NCBI GenBank assembly: GCA_015487305.1
Contig: WFQB01000191.1
Span: forward strand, 1-38,606
DNA: 38,606 bases
Direction: 5' to 3'
DNA from: Parvularculaceae bacterium
Lineage (GTDB): Bacteria; Pseudomonadota; Alphaproteobacteria; Caulobacterales; Parvularculaceae
In this document: positions 26,362 to 36,426 of the stretch, piece after piece
How the letters are laid out: the number at the start of each line of letters is the position of its first letter
How positions within the stretch are numbered: the first letter of the stretch is position 1
The notes under the pieces: model-generated
What the model was told of the DNA's origin: nothing
Seen by the model: only the letters and a program-made list of their open reading frames with translations
Databases searched by the model: none
Translations under genes and position numbers: made by a program

Positions 26362-27285
26362 TTAGAGCTTGGGCGATAAAAGCGGCGAGAGAATTTCCGC
26401 AAAGGCCCCTGCATCCCCCTCCCGGCCTGCAGCCTTGCGCCAAGCCAGGCCAATTTGCCGATGGGGCACCGGCTTACCTTTGATCGGCAAAGCAATAATA
26501 TCCTGCGGCTTGGTAAGCCCATGGCGCAAAGCCATTTCCGGCAATAATGTAACCCCCAGCCCCGCCCGCACCATTTGCACCAGCGTGAAAAGACTTGCTG
26601 CCCCAAAACTGGCCGCCCCAACGCTTGTCGTTTGTTTTTGCGATTGCAGATGGCAGGCCGATAAGGCATGATCGCGCAGGCAATGACCATCTTCCAGAAG
26701 CATTAAATCCTGCTTTTCCAATTCATCGGCTTTGATAAATTTTCGCCCGGCCAGCCTGTGCGTTTTAGCGCAGGCAAAGACAAATTTATCAACACCAATA
26801 ATCTTTGTGTTGATATTTTCAAGCCGGTAGGGGAAGGCCATTAACACCATGTCCAATTGCCCGGCTTGCAAACGCTCTATCAGTCCGGCGGTCAAATCTT
26901 CATGAAGATAGAGCTTTAATTGCGGGTAATTCTTCATCAGTTTTTTCATCAGCGCAGGCAGTAAAAAAGGACCGATAGTTGGTATTACCCCTAGATGAAA
27001 TGTGCCCGTCAAAGGCTCTCGCCCTGCCGCCGCATGGGCTAAATCTTCCGCTTCCGCCAAAAGCCTTGCCGCCCTTTGCGCAATATCCTCGCCTATGGGT
27101 GTAAGGGCAAAATCCCGCGAGCTGCGATCAACCAATTGCGCATCTAAAATGGATTCCAATTCCATAATCGCCGCAGACAGGGTTGATTGCGAGACTAGGC
27201 AATCTTCGGCGGCTCTTGAAAAGGATTTCTGCCTGACAAGAGCAATAAAAAATTGTAGCTGACGCAATGTTGGCAAAACAACCAT
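26362..27285 (-). CDS. oxyR: LysR-family hydrogen peroxide sensor/regulator OxyR
   Basis: N-terminal LysR HTH ..SFSRAAEDCLVSQSTLSAAI.. and the redox-Cys block LMLLEDGHCLRDHALSAC, which closely matches E. coli OxyR LEDGHCLRDQAMGFC (C199/C208 region). Confidence 0.85.
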   Translation of the reverse strand: MVVLPTLRQLQFFIALVRQKSFSRAAEDCLVSQSTLSAAIMELESILDAQLVDRSSRDFALTPIGEDIAQRAARLLAEAEDLAHAAAGREPLTGTFHLGVIPTIGPFLLPALMKKLMKNYPQLKLYLHEDLTAGLIERLQAGQLDMVLMAFPYRLENINTKIIGVDKFVFACAKTHRLAGRKFIKADELEKQDLMLLEDGHCLRDHALSACHLQSQKQTTSVGAASFGAASLFTLVQMVRAGLGVTLLPEMALRHGLTKPQDIIALPIKGKPVPHRQIGLAWRKAAGREGDAGAFAEILSPLLSPKL

Positions 27286-27321
27286 GGGCTTAATCTGTTG
27301 GGGTTTTCCCCATCAGTCAAA

Positions 27322-27360
27322 ACAAAAAACCCCTCCACCATATCCGGCAGAGGGGTTTTC
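27322..27360 (-). terminator. Rho-independent terminator after the substrate-binding protein gene
   Basis: AAAAAACCCCTC-caccatatccggca-GAGGGGTTTTC. On the minus strand the stem is followed by a T-run. It lies between 27382 (SBP stop) and the oxyR start. Confidence 0.65.
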
Positions 27361-27381
27361 ATAGTGATACCGCGCTAAACC

Positions 27382-29109
27382 CTAATAGGAAACGCGCTTG
27401 CTCTCATCAATCGACAGCCATCTTGTGCGCTGAATACCTTGAGAATTGTCATTCCAGTTTTGCACATGCAGGCCAACCAGATTACGGTTTACCGAAAAGT
27501 AAATCGGCGCAACAGCCATATCATTCAGCATAATCTGTTCTGCTTTGGCCATCACTTTGGCGCGAGCCTCAAGATCAAGCATGCTATTGGCCTCATCGAG
27601 CAGACGATCAAACTCTTCATTTTTGTAATCCGAATAGTTGAGCGGCCCTGTATCGCCTTTCATCAGGAATAGGAAATTGTCCGGATCATTATAATCGGCA
27701 ACCCAGCCAGCATCGGCGATCTCAAAATTGCGCGAACGATAATCTGCATAGGCAACTTTCGGCTCAGCCCCAATCAGTTCGGCCTCAACACCAATTTGCC
27801 GCCACATATTCTGCATCGCCACCATGATCTGTTTGCGATCCCCGGCAAGGCGATATTTAACCTCAATCTTCAACGGGTTATTCGCATCATAGCCCGCTTC
27901 GGCCAGTAATTGCATGGCCAGGGCATTGCGTTCTTCTTGTGTCATGGAGGCTTCGTCCATATGCGGCAATTCATCCGCTGACACATAGTTTTGAATGGTT
28001 GGTGGCACAAAGGCATAGGCCGGCACTTCACCGGAACGCAAGACTTTGGTCACCATGGTTTCGCGATCAAGCGCCAAAGACAAAGCCCGACGAATACGGA
28101 CATCATCATAAGGCGGCTTTGTCGTGTTGAAAGCAATATAGGTGGTGGCCAGCACCAACTCATTACGCACCACGCCCGGCATGTTTTTGTTGATAAAGCC
28201 AATTTGCTGAATCGGATAGCATTGCGAGCAGGAATTTACATCCAACTCACCGGCACGAAAGGCCCGCAAGGCTGCCGACACATCGCCATTCGGGGTATAG
28301 ACAACTTTGTCGATGGCAACATTATCCGCATCCCAGAACTTGTCATTTTTAACAAGAACCAGACGACTATTCGGGCGCCATTCCTGCAACACATAAGCGC
28401 CATTGGAAACCATAGTGCCGGGCTTGACCCAAGCATCACCAACTTCTTCAATCAAATGTTTGGGTACTGGCCATGTGGTATAATGCGTCATCAGGGTGCG
28501 GATGAAAGGCACTGGCTTTTCGACTTGTAGCTCCAAGGTCAAATCATCAATCGCCCGTGCGCCCAGACTATCAACGGGCATTTCACCCTCATTGATAGCG
28601 CGGGCATTTTTAAACACATAAATCAGCGACGCATAAGGCGCAGCCGTATTGGGATCTAATATACGCTTCCACGCAAAAACAAAATCATGCGCCGTAACCG
28701 GCTCCCCATCGGACCACACCGCGCCTTCGCGCAGTTTGAAAGTGTGGGTCAAACCATCTTCACTAATCTGGTGATCCACCGCCGCCCCAAAAGTTGGATT
28801 GCCATAGGCATCTTCGGTAAACAGCCCAAGGATCATATCGCCGATAATATTGTTTTCCCATGTGCCATTGGCCTGATGGGGGTCGAGCGTATTAGGCTCT
28901 GAACCATTGCCGCGATTAAGGGTGACAATGCCGTCTTCACTGCCTTGCCCGCCATTTGCATTCTTGTCGGCTTTGCCGTCTCCCCCGCCACAGGCAACCA
29001 GAAATAATGCCAAGGCCGCTGCCATGAGGGCTTTGGCCGCAAATATCTTGCGCGAAGGGCCAGCTTCCGATTGCGCCGCCCTATCAAAGGTCTGTCTAAT
29101 GGGGGTCAA
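27382..29109 (-). CDS. ABC transporter substrate-binding lipoprotein, peptide/nickel (family 5, OppA/DppA-like)
   Basis: 575 aa with lipobox ..LALFLVAC and family-5 SBP blocks (..NRGNGSEPNTLDPH.., ..WSDGEPVTAHDFVFAW.., ..GWVADYNDPDNFL..). Confidence 0.9.
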   Translation of the reverse strand: MTPIRQTFDRAAQSEAGPSRKIFAAKALMAAALALFLVACGGGDGKADKNANGGQGSEDGIVTLNRGNGSEPNTLDPHQANGTWENNIIGDMILGLFTEDAYGNPTFGAAVDHQISEDGLTHTFKLREGAVWSDGEPVTAHDFVFAWKRILDPNTAAPYASLIYVFKNARAINEGEMPVDSLGARAIDDLTLELQVEKPVPFIRTLMTHYTTWPVPKHLIEEVGDAWVKPGTMVSNGAYVLQEWRPNSRLVLVKNDKFWDADNVAIDKVVYTPNGDVSAALRAFRAGELDVNSCSQCYPIQQIGFINKNMPGVVRNELVLATTYIAFNTTKPPYDDVRIRRALSLALDRETMVTKVLRSGEVPAYAFVPPTIQNYVSADELPHMDEASMTQEERNALAMQLLAEAGYDANNPLKIEVKYRLAGDRKQIMVAMQNMWRQIGVEAELIGAEPKVAYADYRSRNFEIADAGWVADYNDPDNFLFLMKGDTGPLNYSDYKNEEFDRLLDEANSMLDLEARAKVMAKAEQIMLNDMAVAPIYFSVNRNLVGLHVQNWNDNSQGIQRTRWLSIDESKRVSY

Positions 29110-29194
29110 TGGTTTTCTCCTCTTGAATGTAATGAAAGGCCAGCAAGGCTGGCTTTGTGGTTTGTTTGGAGGCTATACTAACGGAAAACCGTGA

Positions 29195-29788
29195 ATGGAG
29201 CCTAGGAAAATGTTTCTCTCAACTGCAATCCTTGCCGGATTTATGACCATATTCGGGGGTAATTTTGACGCAAATTTGTCCGAACGTTCGATTGTTGAAT
29301 GTTTAGAGCTGACCGATGATAGTGAGCGCCTTGCCTGTTATGACCGCAATGCCACGCTTTTGCGCGCCGCTATTGCTGTTTCTGAAGGAAATGAAGGACT
29401 TACAAGCGAAGCCAAACGGCCCGAAGTGGATGAAAATGAGCGTCGCGGCCTAGCCCGGCTGATATTTGGCGACAAAGCCCCACAGGCCGAAATCAAGGTC
29501 ACCACCAAGGCGGATAATGTTGAGGATTTTGGCGTCTTACGCCGCGATGGCGACTTAAAAGAGCTAAGCGATGGGGTCACCAGCCTGTCCCTACGAGCAG
29601 ATGGGGTGGCTATCATCGTGCTTGATAATGGTCAGGTTTGGCGGCAAATCTCTGGCGACAGCGTCAGATTGCGCCTCAAGCGAAAGCCCATAGAATATCA
29701 GGCAACTATCAAAAAAGGCGCAGTGGGCAGTTTCCGTATGCACATTGAGCCCTTGGGCAAGACCATAAGGGTGCGACGGATTAAATAA
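29195..29788 (+). CDS. Secreted hypothetical protein
   Basis: 197-aa ORF with an N-terminal hydrophobic segment MFLSTAILAGFMTIFG and a ..CLELTDDSERLACYD.. motif. I recognised no family. It is on the opposite strand to the flanking ABC transporter genes. Confidence 0.55.
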   Translation: MEPRKMFLSTAILAGFMTIFGGNFDANLSERSIVECLELTDDSERLACYDRNATLLRAAIAVSEGNEGLTSEAKRPEVDENERRGLARLIFGDKAPQAEIKVTTKADNVEDFGVLRRDGDLKELSDGVTSLSLRADGVAIIVLDNGQVWRQISGDSVRLRLKRKPIEYQATIKKGAVGSFRMHIEPLGKTIRVRRIK

Positions 29789-29808
29789 ATTTTCAAATTT
29801 GAGGTCGT

Positions 29809-30723
29809 TTAGCGGTCTTTCGGATCGAGAGCATCGCGCAGGCCATCACCGATAAAGTTAAAGCAGAATAATGTGATGGCCATAAACCCGGCTGGGAAGA
29901 AGAGCAGCCACGGGGCCGTTTCCATATTCTGCGCCCCTTCGGAGATCAAAACCCCCCAAGATGTCAGAGGCTCTTGCACCCCAAGACCGAGAAAGCTCAA
30001 AAAACTTTCCGCCAAAATGGCGTAAGGGATAATCAGGGTCATATAGATGACCACCGGCCCCAGCAGATTAGGCACGATATGGCGACGCACAATATCCATG
30101 GGCGTCACCCCGGTAGCCCGCGCCGCTTCGACAAATTCTTTTTCTTTTAAGGTCAGGGTCTGGCCTCGCACAATCCGCGCCATGGTCAGCCATTCAATCG
30201 CGCCAATGGCTATAAACATGATCCAAAGCGATGTGCCAAACACCACCATTAAAATAATCACAAAGAAAACGAAGGGCAGCGAATACAACACATCAACAAT
30301 GCGCATCATCACATTATCAACGGCCCCGCCAAAAAATCCGGCCGTTGCCCCCCATAAAACCCCAATCACAAGGCTAACGGCCGTGGCCATAAAGCCAACA
30401 GCTAACGACACCCTTGCCCCGATAAGTGTGCGCACAAACAGATCCCGCCCATTGGCATCAGCCCCGAACCAGAAATTATCTGACGGCGGTGCGAGATAGG
30501 CATCATAGAAAATATCATTATAGGCATGGGTCGCAAACATCGGCCCGAACACAGCCAATAACACCACAAGCCCCAAGACCACAAGCGAGGCCATGGCTGC
30601 TTTGTTGCGCATCATCCGGCGTTTGGCGTCATCCCACAAGCTACGCCCGGCCATGGGGGACGCGGCTTTTTCCATCGCCTGCACATTGGGATGGTCTTTG
30701 GCATATCTGACGCTGCTATTCAT
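29809..30723 (-). CDS. ABC transporter permease (OppC/DppC-type)
   Basis: 304 aa with a BPD-transport inner-membrane domain and the EAA-like loop ..EFVEAARATGVTPMDIVRRHIVPN... It shares one base (30723) with the upstream permease gene. Confidence 0.9.
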   Translation of the reverse strand: MNSSVRYAKDHPNVQAMEKAASPMAGRSLWDDAKRRMMRNKAAMASLVVLGLVVLLAVFGPMFATHAYNDIFYDAYLAPPSDNFWFGADANGRDLFVRTLIGARVSLAVGFMATAVSLVIGVLWGATAGFFGGAVDNVMMRIVDVLYSLPFVFFVIILMVVFGTSLWIMFIAIGAIEWLTMARIVRGQTLTLKEKEFVEAARATGVTPMDIVRRHIVPNLLGPVVIYMTLIIPYAILAESFLSFLGLGVQEPLTSWGVLISEGAQNMETAPWLLFFPAGFMAITLFCFNFIGDGLRDALDPKDR

Positions 30724-31676
30724 CAGGACAATTTCACCTTCGGATCAAGCACCGCCAAGACAAGATCGGCAATCAGATTTAGCAACACAATCAGGGTCGC
30801 ATATAAAATCACCACCCCCATCACCAAAGTATAATCACGGCTGATCGCCCCTTCGACGAAATAACGACCAATGCCCGGCAGGTTGAAAATTTTCTCAATC
30901 ACCAGCGAGCCCGATAACAACGCCGCTGTTGCTGGCCCAAGATAGCTGACCAGCGGGATTGCCGCCGCGCGCAAAGCATGGCGCTGAACGATCTGCCATG
31001 AGGACAAGCCCTTGGCCCGCGCCGTCCTGATATAATTAGAGCGCATGACCTCAATCATTGACCCGCGCATAAGCCGCGAGATAATGGCAATTTGTGGCAA
31101 AGCCAATGTGATGATGGGCAGGATCAGGCTTTTCAAAAAAGTGCCGAGCCCCTGCTGCTCTATCGCCGACCAGCCGACCCAGCCGGAAGTCGGTAGCCAA
31201 TCATTCCACACCGCAAACAGCAATGTTAAAAGCGGTGCTGTAACAAAATTGGGGATGGTAATGCCCGCCAGAGCGACCCCCATCACGGCATAATCGGCCG
31301 CGCCATTTTGTCGCAAAGCAGCCAGCACCCCCAAAAATGACCCTAAAAACACCGCCAATATTAAAGAGGAAAGCCCAATCGTCGCGCTCACTGGCAAGCC
31401 CTGCAAGACCAACTCGGTCACGGTAAAATCGCGAATTTTATAAGAAGGCCCAAAATCCCCCTGCAATACATTGCCCAGATAGTTGAGAAATTGAATTGGC
31501 ACAGGCTGGTCGAGATTATAGCGGGCTGCAATATTGGCCTCAATTGCTGGCGGCAAAGAGCGGTCGGAGGTAAACGGACCACCCGGTGCTAGTCGCATCA
31601 TGAAAAATGCAACTGCAATCACCACAAGCAGGGTAGGAATCGCCGACAGGAGCCGTTTCAGCGTGTAAAGGAGCAT
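30723..31676 (-). CDS. ABC transporter permease (OppB/DppB-type)
   Basis: 317 aa starting MLLYTLKRLLSAIPTLLVVIAVAFFMMRLAPGGPF.., with ..YIRTARAKGLSSWQIVQRHALR... Confidence 0.9.
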   Translation of the reverse strand: MLLYTLKRLLSAIPTLLVVIAVAFFMMRLAPGGPFTSDRSLPPAIEANIAARYNLDQPVPIQFLNYLGNVLQGDFGPSYKIRDFTVTELVLQGLPVSATIGLSSLILAVFLGSFLGVLAALRQNGAADYAVMGVALAGITIPNFVTAPLLTLLFAVWNDWLPTSGWVGWSAIEQQGLGTFLKSLILPIITLALPQIAIISRLMRGSMIEVMRSNYIRTARAKGLSSWQIVQRHALRAAAIPLVSYLGPATAALLSGSLVIEKIFNLPGIGRYFVEGAISRDYTLVMGVVILYATLIVLLNLIADLVLAVLDPKVKLS

Positions 31677-31884
31677 TTAAAATAACAATCCTTACTCTAA
31701 GTTACGCAACGCGCTTTTCTAACGCAGCCCCCAGCCGGTGCCTTTTAGCAGGATGTTGCGTTATAATGCAACATAGACCTTGCCACGCGGCATCAGTTTT
31801 TTTACCCCCATTAAGCTTGCCCTCGCCAGAGAAATAGGCTCGGATTGGGCACCATTAGCCGATTTTATTTTAAAGGGGGAAAGC

Positions 31885-32871
31885 ATGGAACAAATATTCG
31901 CAAAAGGAACTCAAAAAATGAGCGTTTTAATCAAAGGCTTTTTTGTCATTCTGTTAAGCATAGGCCTGATCGCCTGTGACCGCCCGCAGGATACAGCAAA
32001 AACCGATAGCACCGACAAATCCGCCTCAGCCGATAAGGCTCAACAAGCCTCCGAAACCAGCGCAACCGGCCCGGCCTTGTGGAAACTTTCCGATGATGAC
32101 ACCACCATCTATCTGTTTGGCACGGTGCATATTCTGCACAAAGACATTGATTGGAAAAATGAGGTGCTGGAGGCAGCTTGGACTGACAGCCCAATTGTCT
32201 ATTTTGAAACCGATACCAGCGAAGAAGGGCAGCAGCAAATCGCCGCTATGATACCGCAAATCGGTCTCAACACACCAGGCGTCACCTTGCAAAGTTTTTT
32301 CACCGATGAACAATGGGCCTTGATCGAGCAATCAGCCGCAAAGCTCAATCTTCCCATTCAATCCTTCCAAAATATGCGCCCTTGGCTCGTGGGGGTTTTG
32401 CTGAGTGTGCAAATGATCATGGCCGATGGCGGCGATCCTGAATCCGGTGTTGAAACCATATTGCGAGCTGAGGCTCTCGCGGCGGGCAAATCCATTCGCT
32501 ATTTTGAATCGGTTGAACAACAGCTCGGCTTTTTTGCAGATATGTCCGACGAAGATGCCGCCGAATTGCTTTATGAGGGCTTAGTTTTTTACAATGAAAA
32601 CCCCGGCTATTTCCAAAAACTGGTAGATGAATGGCTGGCAGGCAATGTCGCCGCCATTGCTGACATTATGATAGAGGGGCTTGCCGGGCCGGACAATGTT
32701 GCCGAAATACTCCTATACAGCCGCAATCGCAATTGGGTGGAAGAGATGACCCGCCTGATGAACGAAGAAGAAGGCGTGTTTTTTGTTGCCGTTGGGGCCG
32801 GCCATCTGGCGGGAGAAAAATCCGTTCAGGATTACCTTCAGCAAGCAGGCTTCACGGTTGAGCGTCAATAA
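31885..32871 (+). CDS. TraB/GumN family lipoprotein
   Basis: The ATG at 31885 has GGGGGA upstream. Lipobox ..LSIGLIAC, and family blocks ..LWKLSDDDTTIYLFGTVHIL.. and ..FFVAVGAGHLAGEKSV... Confidence 0.75.
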   Translation: MEQIFAKGTQKMSVLIKGFFVILLSIGLIACDRPQDTAKTDSTDKSASADKAQQASETSATGPALWKLSDDDTTIYLFGTVHILHKDIDWKNEVLEAAWTDSPIVYFETDTSEEGQQQIAAMIPQIGLNTPGVTLQSFFTDEQWALIEQSAAKLNLPIQSFQNMRPWLVGVLLSVQMIMADGGDPESGVETILRAEALAAGKSIRYFESVEQQLGFFADMSDEDAAELLYEGLVFYNENPGYFQKLVDEWLAGNVAAIADIMIEGLAGPDNVAEILLYSRNRNWVEEMTRLMNEEEGVFFVAVGAGHLAGEKSVQDYLQQAGFTVERQ

Positions 32872-32884
32872 GCCAATAGCGAAA

Positions 32885-34153
32885 CTATCCTGACCGTTTG
32901 ATTGAAAATTGTTTTGCAATCTCGTCAATCAAACGGTCCGCAACTTCTTGCTTATCCATCTCCGGCCAGTTCTCAGTGCCGCTATCGCTAATCAGGCTAA
33001 TTTGATTGCGCGCACCGCCCATGACATTCGCGCCCGATAACGCGTCATGGGAAACATCATTGGCGATGATCCAATCACAGCCTTTGCTTTTGCGTTTTTC
33101 TTTGGCATGGCGCAATACGGTTTCGGTTTCAGCGGCAAAACCGATGACCAGCTTGGGGCGCTGCTTTTTGCGCATGGCAATGGTTTTTAAAATATCGGGA
33201 TTTTCCGTCAAAGAAATTTCGCCCAAGCCACCCTTATCTTTTTTGATCTTTTCTCGCGCTGCGCTAGAAGGGCGATAATCAGCAACCGCCGCGCAGAATA
33301 TGGCCACATCCACAGGCAAAGCTTTCTGGCAAGCCTTTAGCATTTCCCGCGCCGTTTCAACCCGAATGGTCTTTACCCCAACCGGGTCCGGCAAATCAGT
33401 GGGGCCTGAAATCAATTTCACCTTCGCTCCGGCCCGCGCCGCTGCTCTTGCAATAGCATAGCCCTGCTTGCCGGAAGAGCGGTTGGCAAGATAGCGCACA
33501 GGGTCAAGCGGCTCATGGGTTGGCCCGGCGGTGATTAGAATCTTTTTACCGCGCAAAGCCCCTGTGGCGGCAGCAATCAAAAACTGCTCAGCGGCATCAG
33601 CAATGGCAAGAGGTTCTGCCATGCGACCAAAACCATATTCCCCGCAAGCCATATCGCCCTCATCCGGGCCAATAAATAAAACACCGTCTTCGCGCAATTG
33701 CTGATGATTGCGCCTTGTGGCGGCATGCTCCCACATGCGCACATTCATGGCCGGGGCCATCATTACCGGCTTGTCCGTAGCCAGAAGCGCCGTTGAGGCA
33801 AGATCATTGGCCAGCCCGTTAGCGAGCTTGGCCATAAGGTCGGCGGTGGCCGGGGCAACCACAACCAAATCCGCTGAACGCGATAATTCGATATGGCCCA
33901 TCTCGGCTTCATCTTTGAGGTCGAAAAGATTGCTAAAACATTGCTCGCCGGACAGGCTTGCGACCGAAAGCGGGGTCACAAATTCAGCGCCACCTTGGGT
34001 TAAAATTCCGCGCACGCCAATGCCCCGTCGCTTGAACTCGCGTATCAGCTCAAGAGATTTATAGGCAGCAATACCGCCGCCAATAATCAGCAAGACAGAT
34101 TTTTTGGACAATAAAAAAATCCTTTTCCTAACGGGTGGGTGCAATTGGGGCAT
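32885..34153 (-). CDS. coaBC: Bifunctional phosphopantothenoylcysteine decarboxylase / phosphopantothenate-cysteine ligase
   Basis: ..LLIIGGGIAAYKSLELIR.. (flavoprotein domain) and ..ILITAGPTHEPLDPVRYLANRSSGKQG.. (CoaB domain). The true start may be the TTG at 34111, which has AGGAAAAGGA upstream. Confidence 0.92.
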   Translation of the reverse strand: MPQLHPPVRKRIFLLSKKSVLLIIGGGIAAYKSLELIREFKRRGIGVRGILTQGGAEFVTPLSVASLSGEQCFSNLFDLKDEAEMGHIELSRSADLVVVAPATADLMAKLANGLANDLASTALLATDKPVMMAPAMNVRMWEHAATRRNHQQLREDGVLFIGPDEGDMACGEYGFGRMAEPLAIADAAEQFLIAAATGALRGKKILITAGPTHEPLDPVRYLANRSSGKQGYAIARAAARAGAKVKLISGPTDLPDPVGVKTIRVETAREMLKACQKALPVDVAIFCAAVADYRPSSAAREKIKKDKGGLGEISLTENPDILKTIAMRKKQRPKLVIGFAAETETVLRHAKEKRKSKGCDWIIANDVSHDALSGANVMGGARNQISLISDSGTENWPEMDKQEVADRLIDEIAKQFSIKRSG

Positions 34154-34295
34154 ATTACACCACTTAATGCCATATGGGGGGCTTTATAAGGCAAACCCGT
34201 TAAGAAAAGGAAGGCGCCATCACTGGCAGCCGGATCCCCCTCATGAATGAGGGAGGGTAAGGCGGCAAAAGGGAAATCTTTGCGAGAATACTCGC

Positions 34296-34781
34296 TTAAA
34301 TTGTCCCCGGGGTTGCCGCCTTGTTAACCGCCCGGAAACAATCGAGCAAAAACAGACCAAACAGGACCAAAAACCAGTTATCCGGTTCGGAGGCCGCATA
34401 ATTGGCGTTGAAATAGCCAATCATGGCAAAGAACAGGGCAAAGCGCAGAGCAAAGGAGATAGTGAAATTCAACGCCTTCACTTTACGGCGCGCTGACTTT
34501 TCCTCGGGTGTCTCGCGCAACCAAGGCTTCCCGATCTGGGACACATCAGGCACAAATTCCTGATTGCGACCCGGACCGCGTGAGGGCTTGGTCACTCGGC
34601 CACCTCTGGTGCCAACATAGAGCGTCTCACTCTCGGCTGTATCTGCGACCATCTCCGCCTGTCTGCTTTGGTCATTACGAGCCTCATCATGAGGCACTTC
34701 ATGGCGCAGGGGCAAAAATGGTATTCCCGAAGGGATTGCCGCAGGCTGTGGTCTGAACGGTGTTCTTTTTCCAAAAGGCAT
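34296..34781 (-). CDS. Hypothetical membrane protein (disordered N-terminal half, two C-terminal TM helices)
   Basis: 161-aa ORF with ..ALNFTISFALRFALFFAMIGYF.. and ..WFLVLFGLFLLDCF... I recognised no family. Confidence 0.5.
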   Translation of the reverse strand: MPFGKRTPFRPQPAAIPSGIPFLPLRHEVPHDEARNDQSRQAEMVADTAESETLYVGTRGGRVTKPSRGPGRNQEFVPDVSQIGKPWLRETPEEKSARRKVKALNFTISFALRFALFFAMIGYFNANYAASEPDNWFLVLFGLFLLDCFRAVNKAATPGTI

Positions 34782-34929
34782 GGCTTAGCTCCTCCTCAGT
34801 AGCTTCCATGCCTACAAGTCTGGCAGGCAGATATTTCCGAAAACCTTAACTGATTGCTGGCATTTATAGAAAATCAATCGCCATATTGCCGCCGCAATTA
34901 ACTGCAACTTATTGATTTTATTAAGACAA

Positions 34930-36423
34930 TCAGAAAGTGCGGTTTTTCATCGCTTTGGCTAATTGAGAAATAGTTTCCCCGGACAGTTTTATGCCATCCT
35001 CGCCAACAAACGAAACCACCCGTTCAGCAGCGTCAGCAAAATCGGGAAATTTGCGCGCCAAACGAAATGCCGCCTGCGCCGAGCGCTGCATATCTTTGGC
35101 CAGTGCCACAGGTCCCATAAAGCCATTTATATAGCCCCGCACCACCGGATCGGCGGTTTCCCACATATTAATTTCCGGATCGAGGGCCCGCGCGACCCCC
35201 TCAACCACCACCATAGTGCGCTGAAGCAGCACTAATTCCGGGCGCAAATGCATGTCGAAGATTTCAGTAACATCAAATAATTGCTGCAACACCCGCGACA
35301 TATCCACGGTTGAAGAATCCTTGCCAAAAATCGGCTCGCCTACTGAGCGCAAGGCCGTCGCAAAACTATCCACCGAATAAGAAGCGTCAATATAGCCGGC
35401 ATCAAAATGGGCTTTGGCAGCGCCATAATAATCGCGCTGAATAAAACCAAAAATGATTTCCGCAAAAACCTTACGCGCCTGCTCATCAAGGCGACCCATA
35501 ATACCAAAATCAATCAGCACCAATCGGCCCTGATCATCAATCAGCACATTGCCCTGATGCATGTCAGCGTGAAAAAACCCATGCTCCAGAGCTTGGGTCA
35601 AAAAACTGCGCATCAATCTTTGCGCCAGCGCCTTGCGGTCAAAGCCTGCCGCATCAAGCGCCGCAAGATCCGAAACCGGAATACCATCGACCCATTCAAT
35701 GGTCAGCACACGGCGGGTTGAATATTCCCAGATAATTTCCGGCACATGAATCTGATCATCATCCATGAGGTTTTCGCGCAATTCCGAAGCTGCACCTGCT
35801 TCCATGCGCAAATCCAACTCAATATGAGCGGCGTCTGCCAATGTCTGAATGAATTTGACCGGCTCGGTCCGGCGGGTCGCCGGAAAAAGGAACTCCAGAG
35901 TTTTAGCCCCGCGCAAAAAGGCACGAAATTCCAACCGCGCTTTTTTTTCGATTTCCGGGCGCAAAACTTTAACTGCCACCTGACGACCATCTTTAAGACG
36001 GGCTTTATGCACTTGGGCAATAGAGGCCGCGGCAATCGCTTCAGAAAATTCTGTAAATATTTCTTGAATCGGCTTGCCAAGCGCCTGCTCAATTTCCTTG
36101 CGCGCCTCTGCTTCGGGAAAAGGTGGCATCCGGTCTTGCAATTCCCCTAGATCATCGGCCATTTCAAAACCAATAACATCAGGGCGGGTCGCTAATAGCT
36201 GCCCAAATTTCACATAGGCTGGTCCCTGCCCGCCCAAGGCCCGCGCCAGTCTTTGCCCGGGGCGCAAATCTTTGCCCCGCGCCCCAAGGCGCGACCACCA
36301 GCCTAAAAACCGCAAGGGCCATGGCAGCGCATCAGAAAATTCTCGCGGCAATAAAGCATCATAGCGGGCAAGCATATGGGCCGCCCGGAACAATCTGAAA
36401 TAATCTGCGAAAAAGCCCAGCAT
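34930..36423 (-). CDS. ubiB: Ubiquinone biosynthesis protein UbiB (ABC1/ADCK atypical kinase family)
   Basis: 497 aa with ..GPAYVKFGQLLATRPD.., ..ASIAQVHKARL.., ..GFFHADMHQGNVLI... It lies 3 nt downstream of ubiE. Confidence 0.92.
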   Translation of the reverse strand: MLGFFADYFRLFRAAHMLARYDALLPREFSDALPWPLRFLGWWSRLGARGKDLRPGQRLARALGGQGPAYVKFGQLLATRPDVIGFEMADDLGELQDRMPPFPEAEARKEIEQALGKPIQEIFTEFSEAIAAASIAQVHKARLKDGRQVAVKVLRPEIEKKARLEFRAFLRGAKTLEFLFPATRRTEPVKFIQTLADAAHIELDLRMEAGAASELRENLMDDDQIHVPEIIWEYSTRRVLTIEWVDGIPVSDLAALDAAGFDRKALAQRLMRSFLTQALEHGFFHADMHQGNVLIDDQGRLVLIDFGIMGRLDEQARKVFAEIIFGFIQRDYYGAAKAHFDAGYIDASYSVDSFATALRSVGEPIFGKDSSTVDMSRVLQQLFDVTEIFDMHLRPELVLLQRTMVVVEGVARALDPEINMWETADPVVRGYINGFMGPVALAKDMQRSAQAAFRLARKFPDFADAAERVVSFVGEDGIKLSGETISQLAKAMKNRTF

Positions 36424-36426
36424 GGA

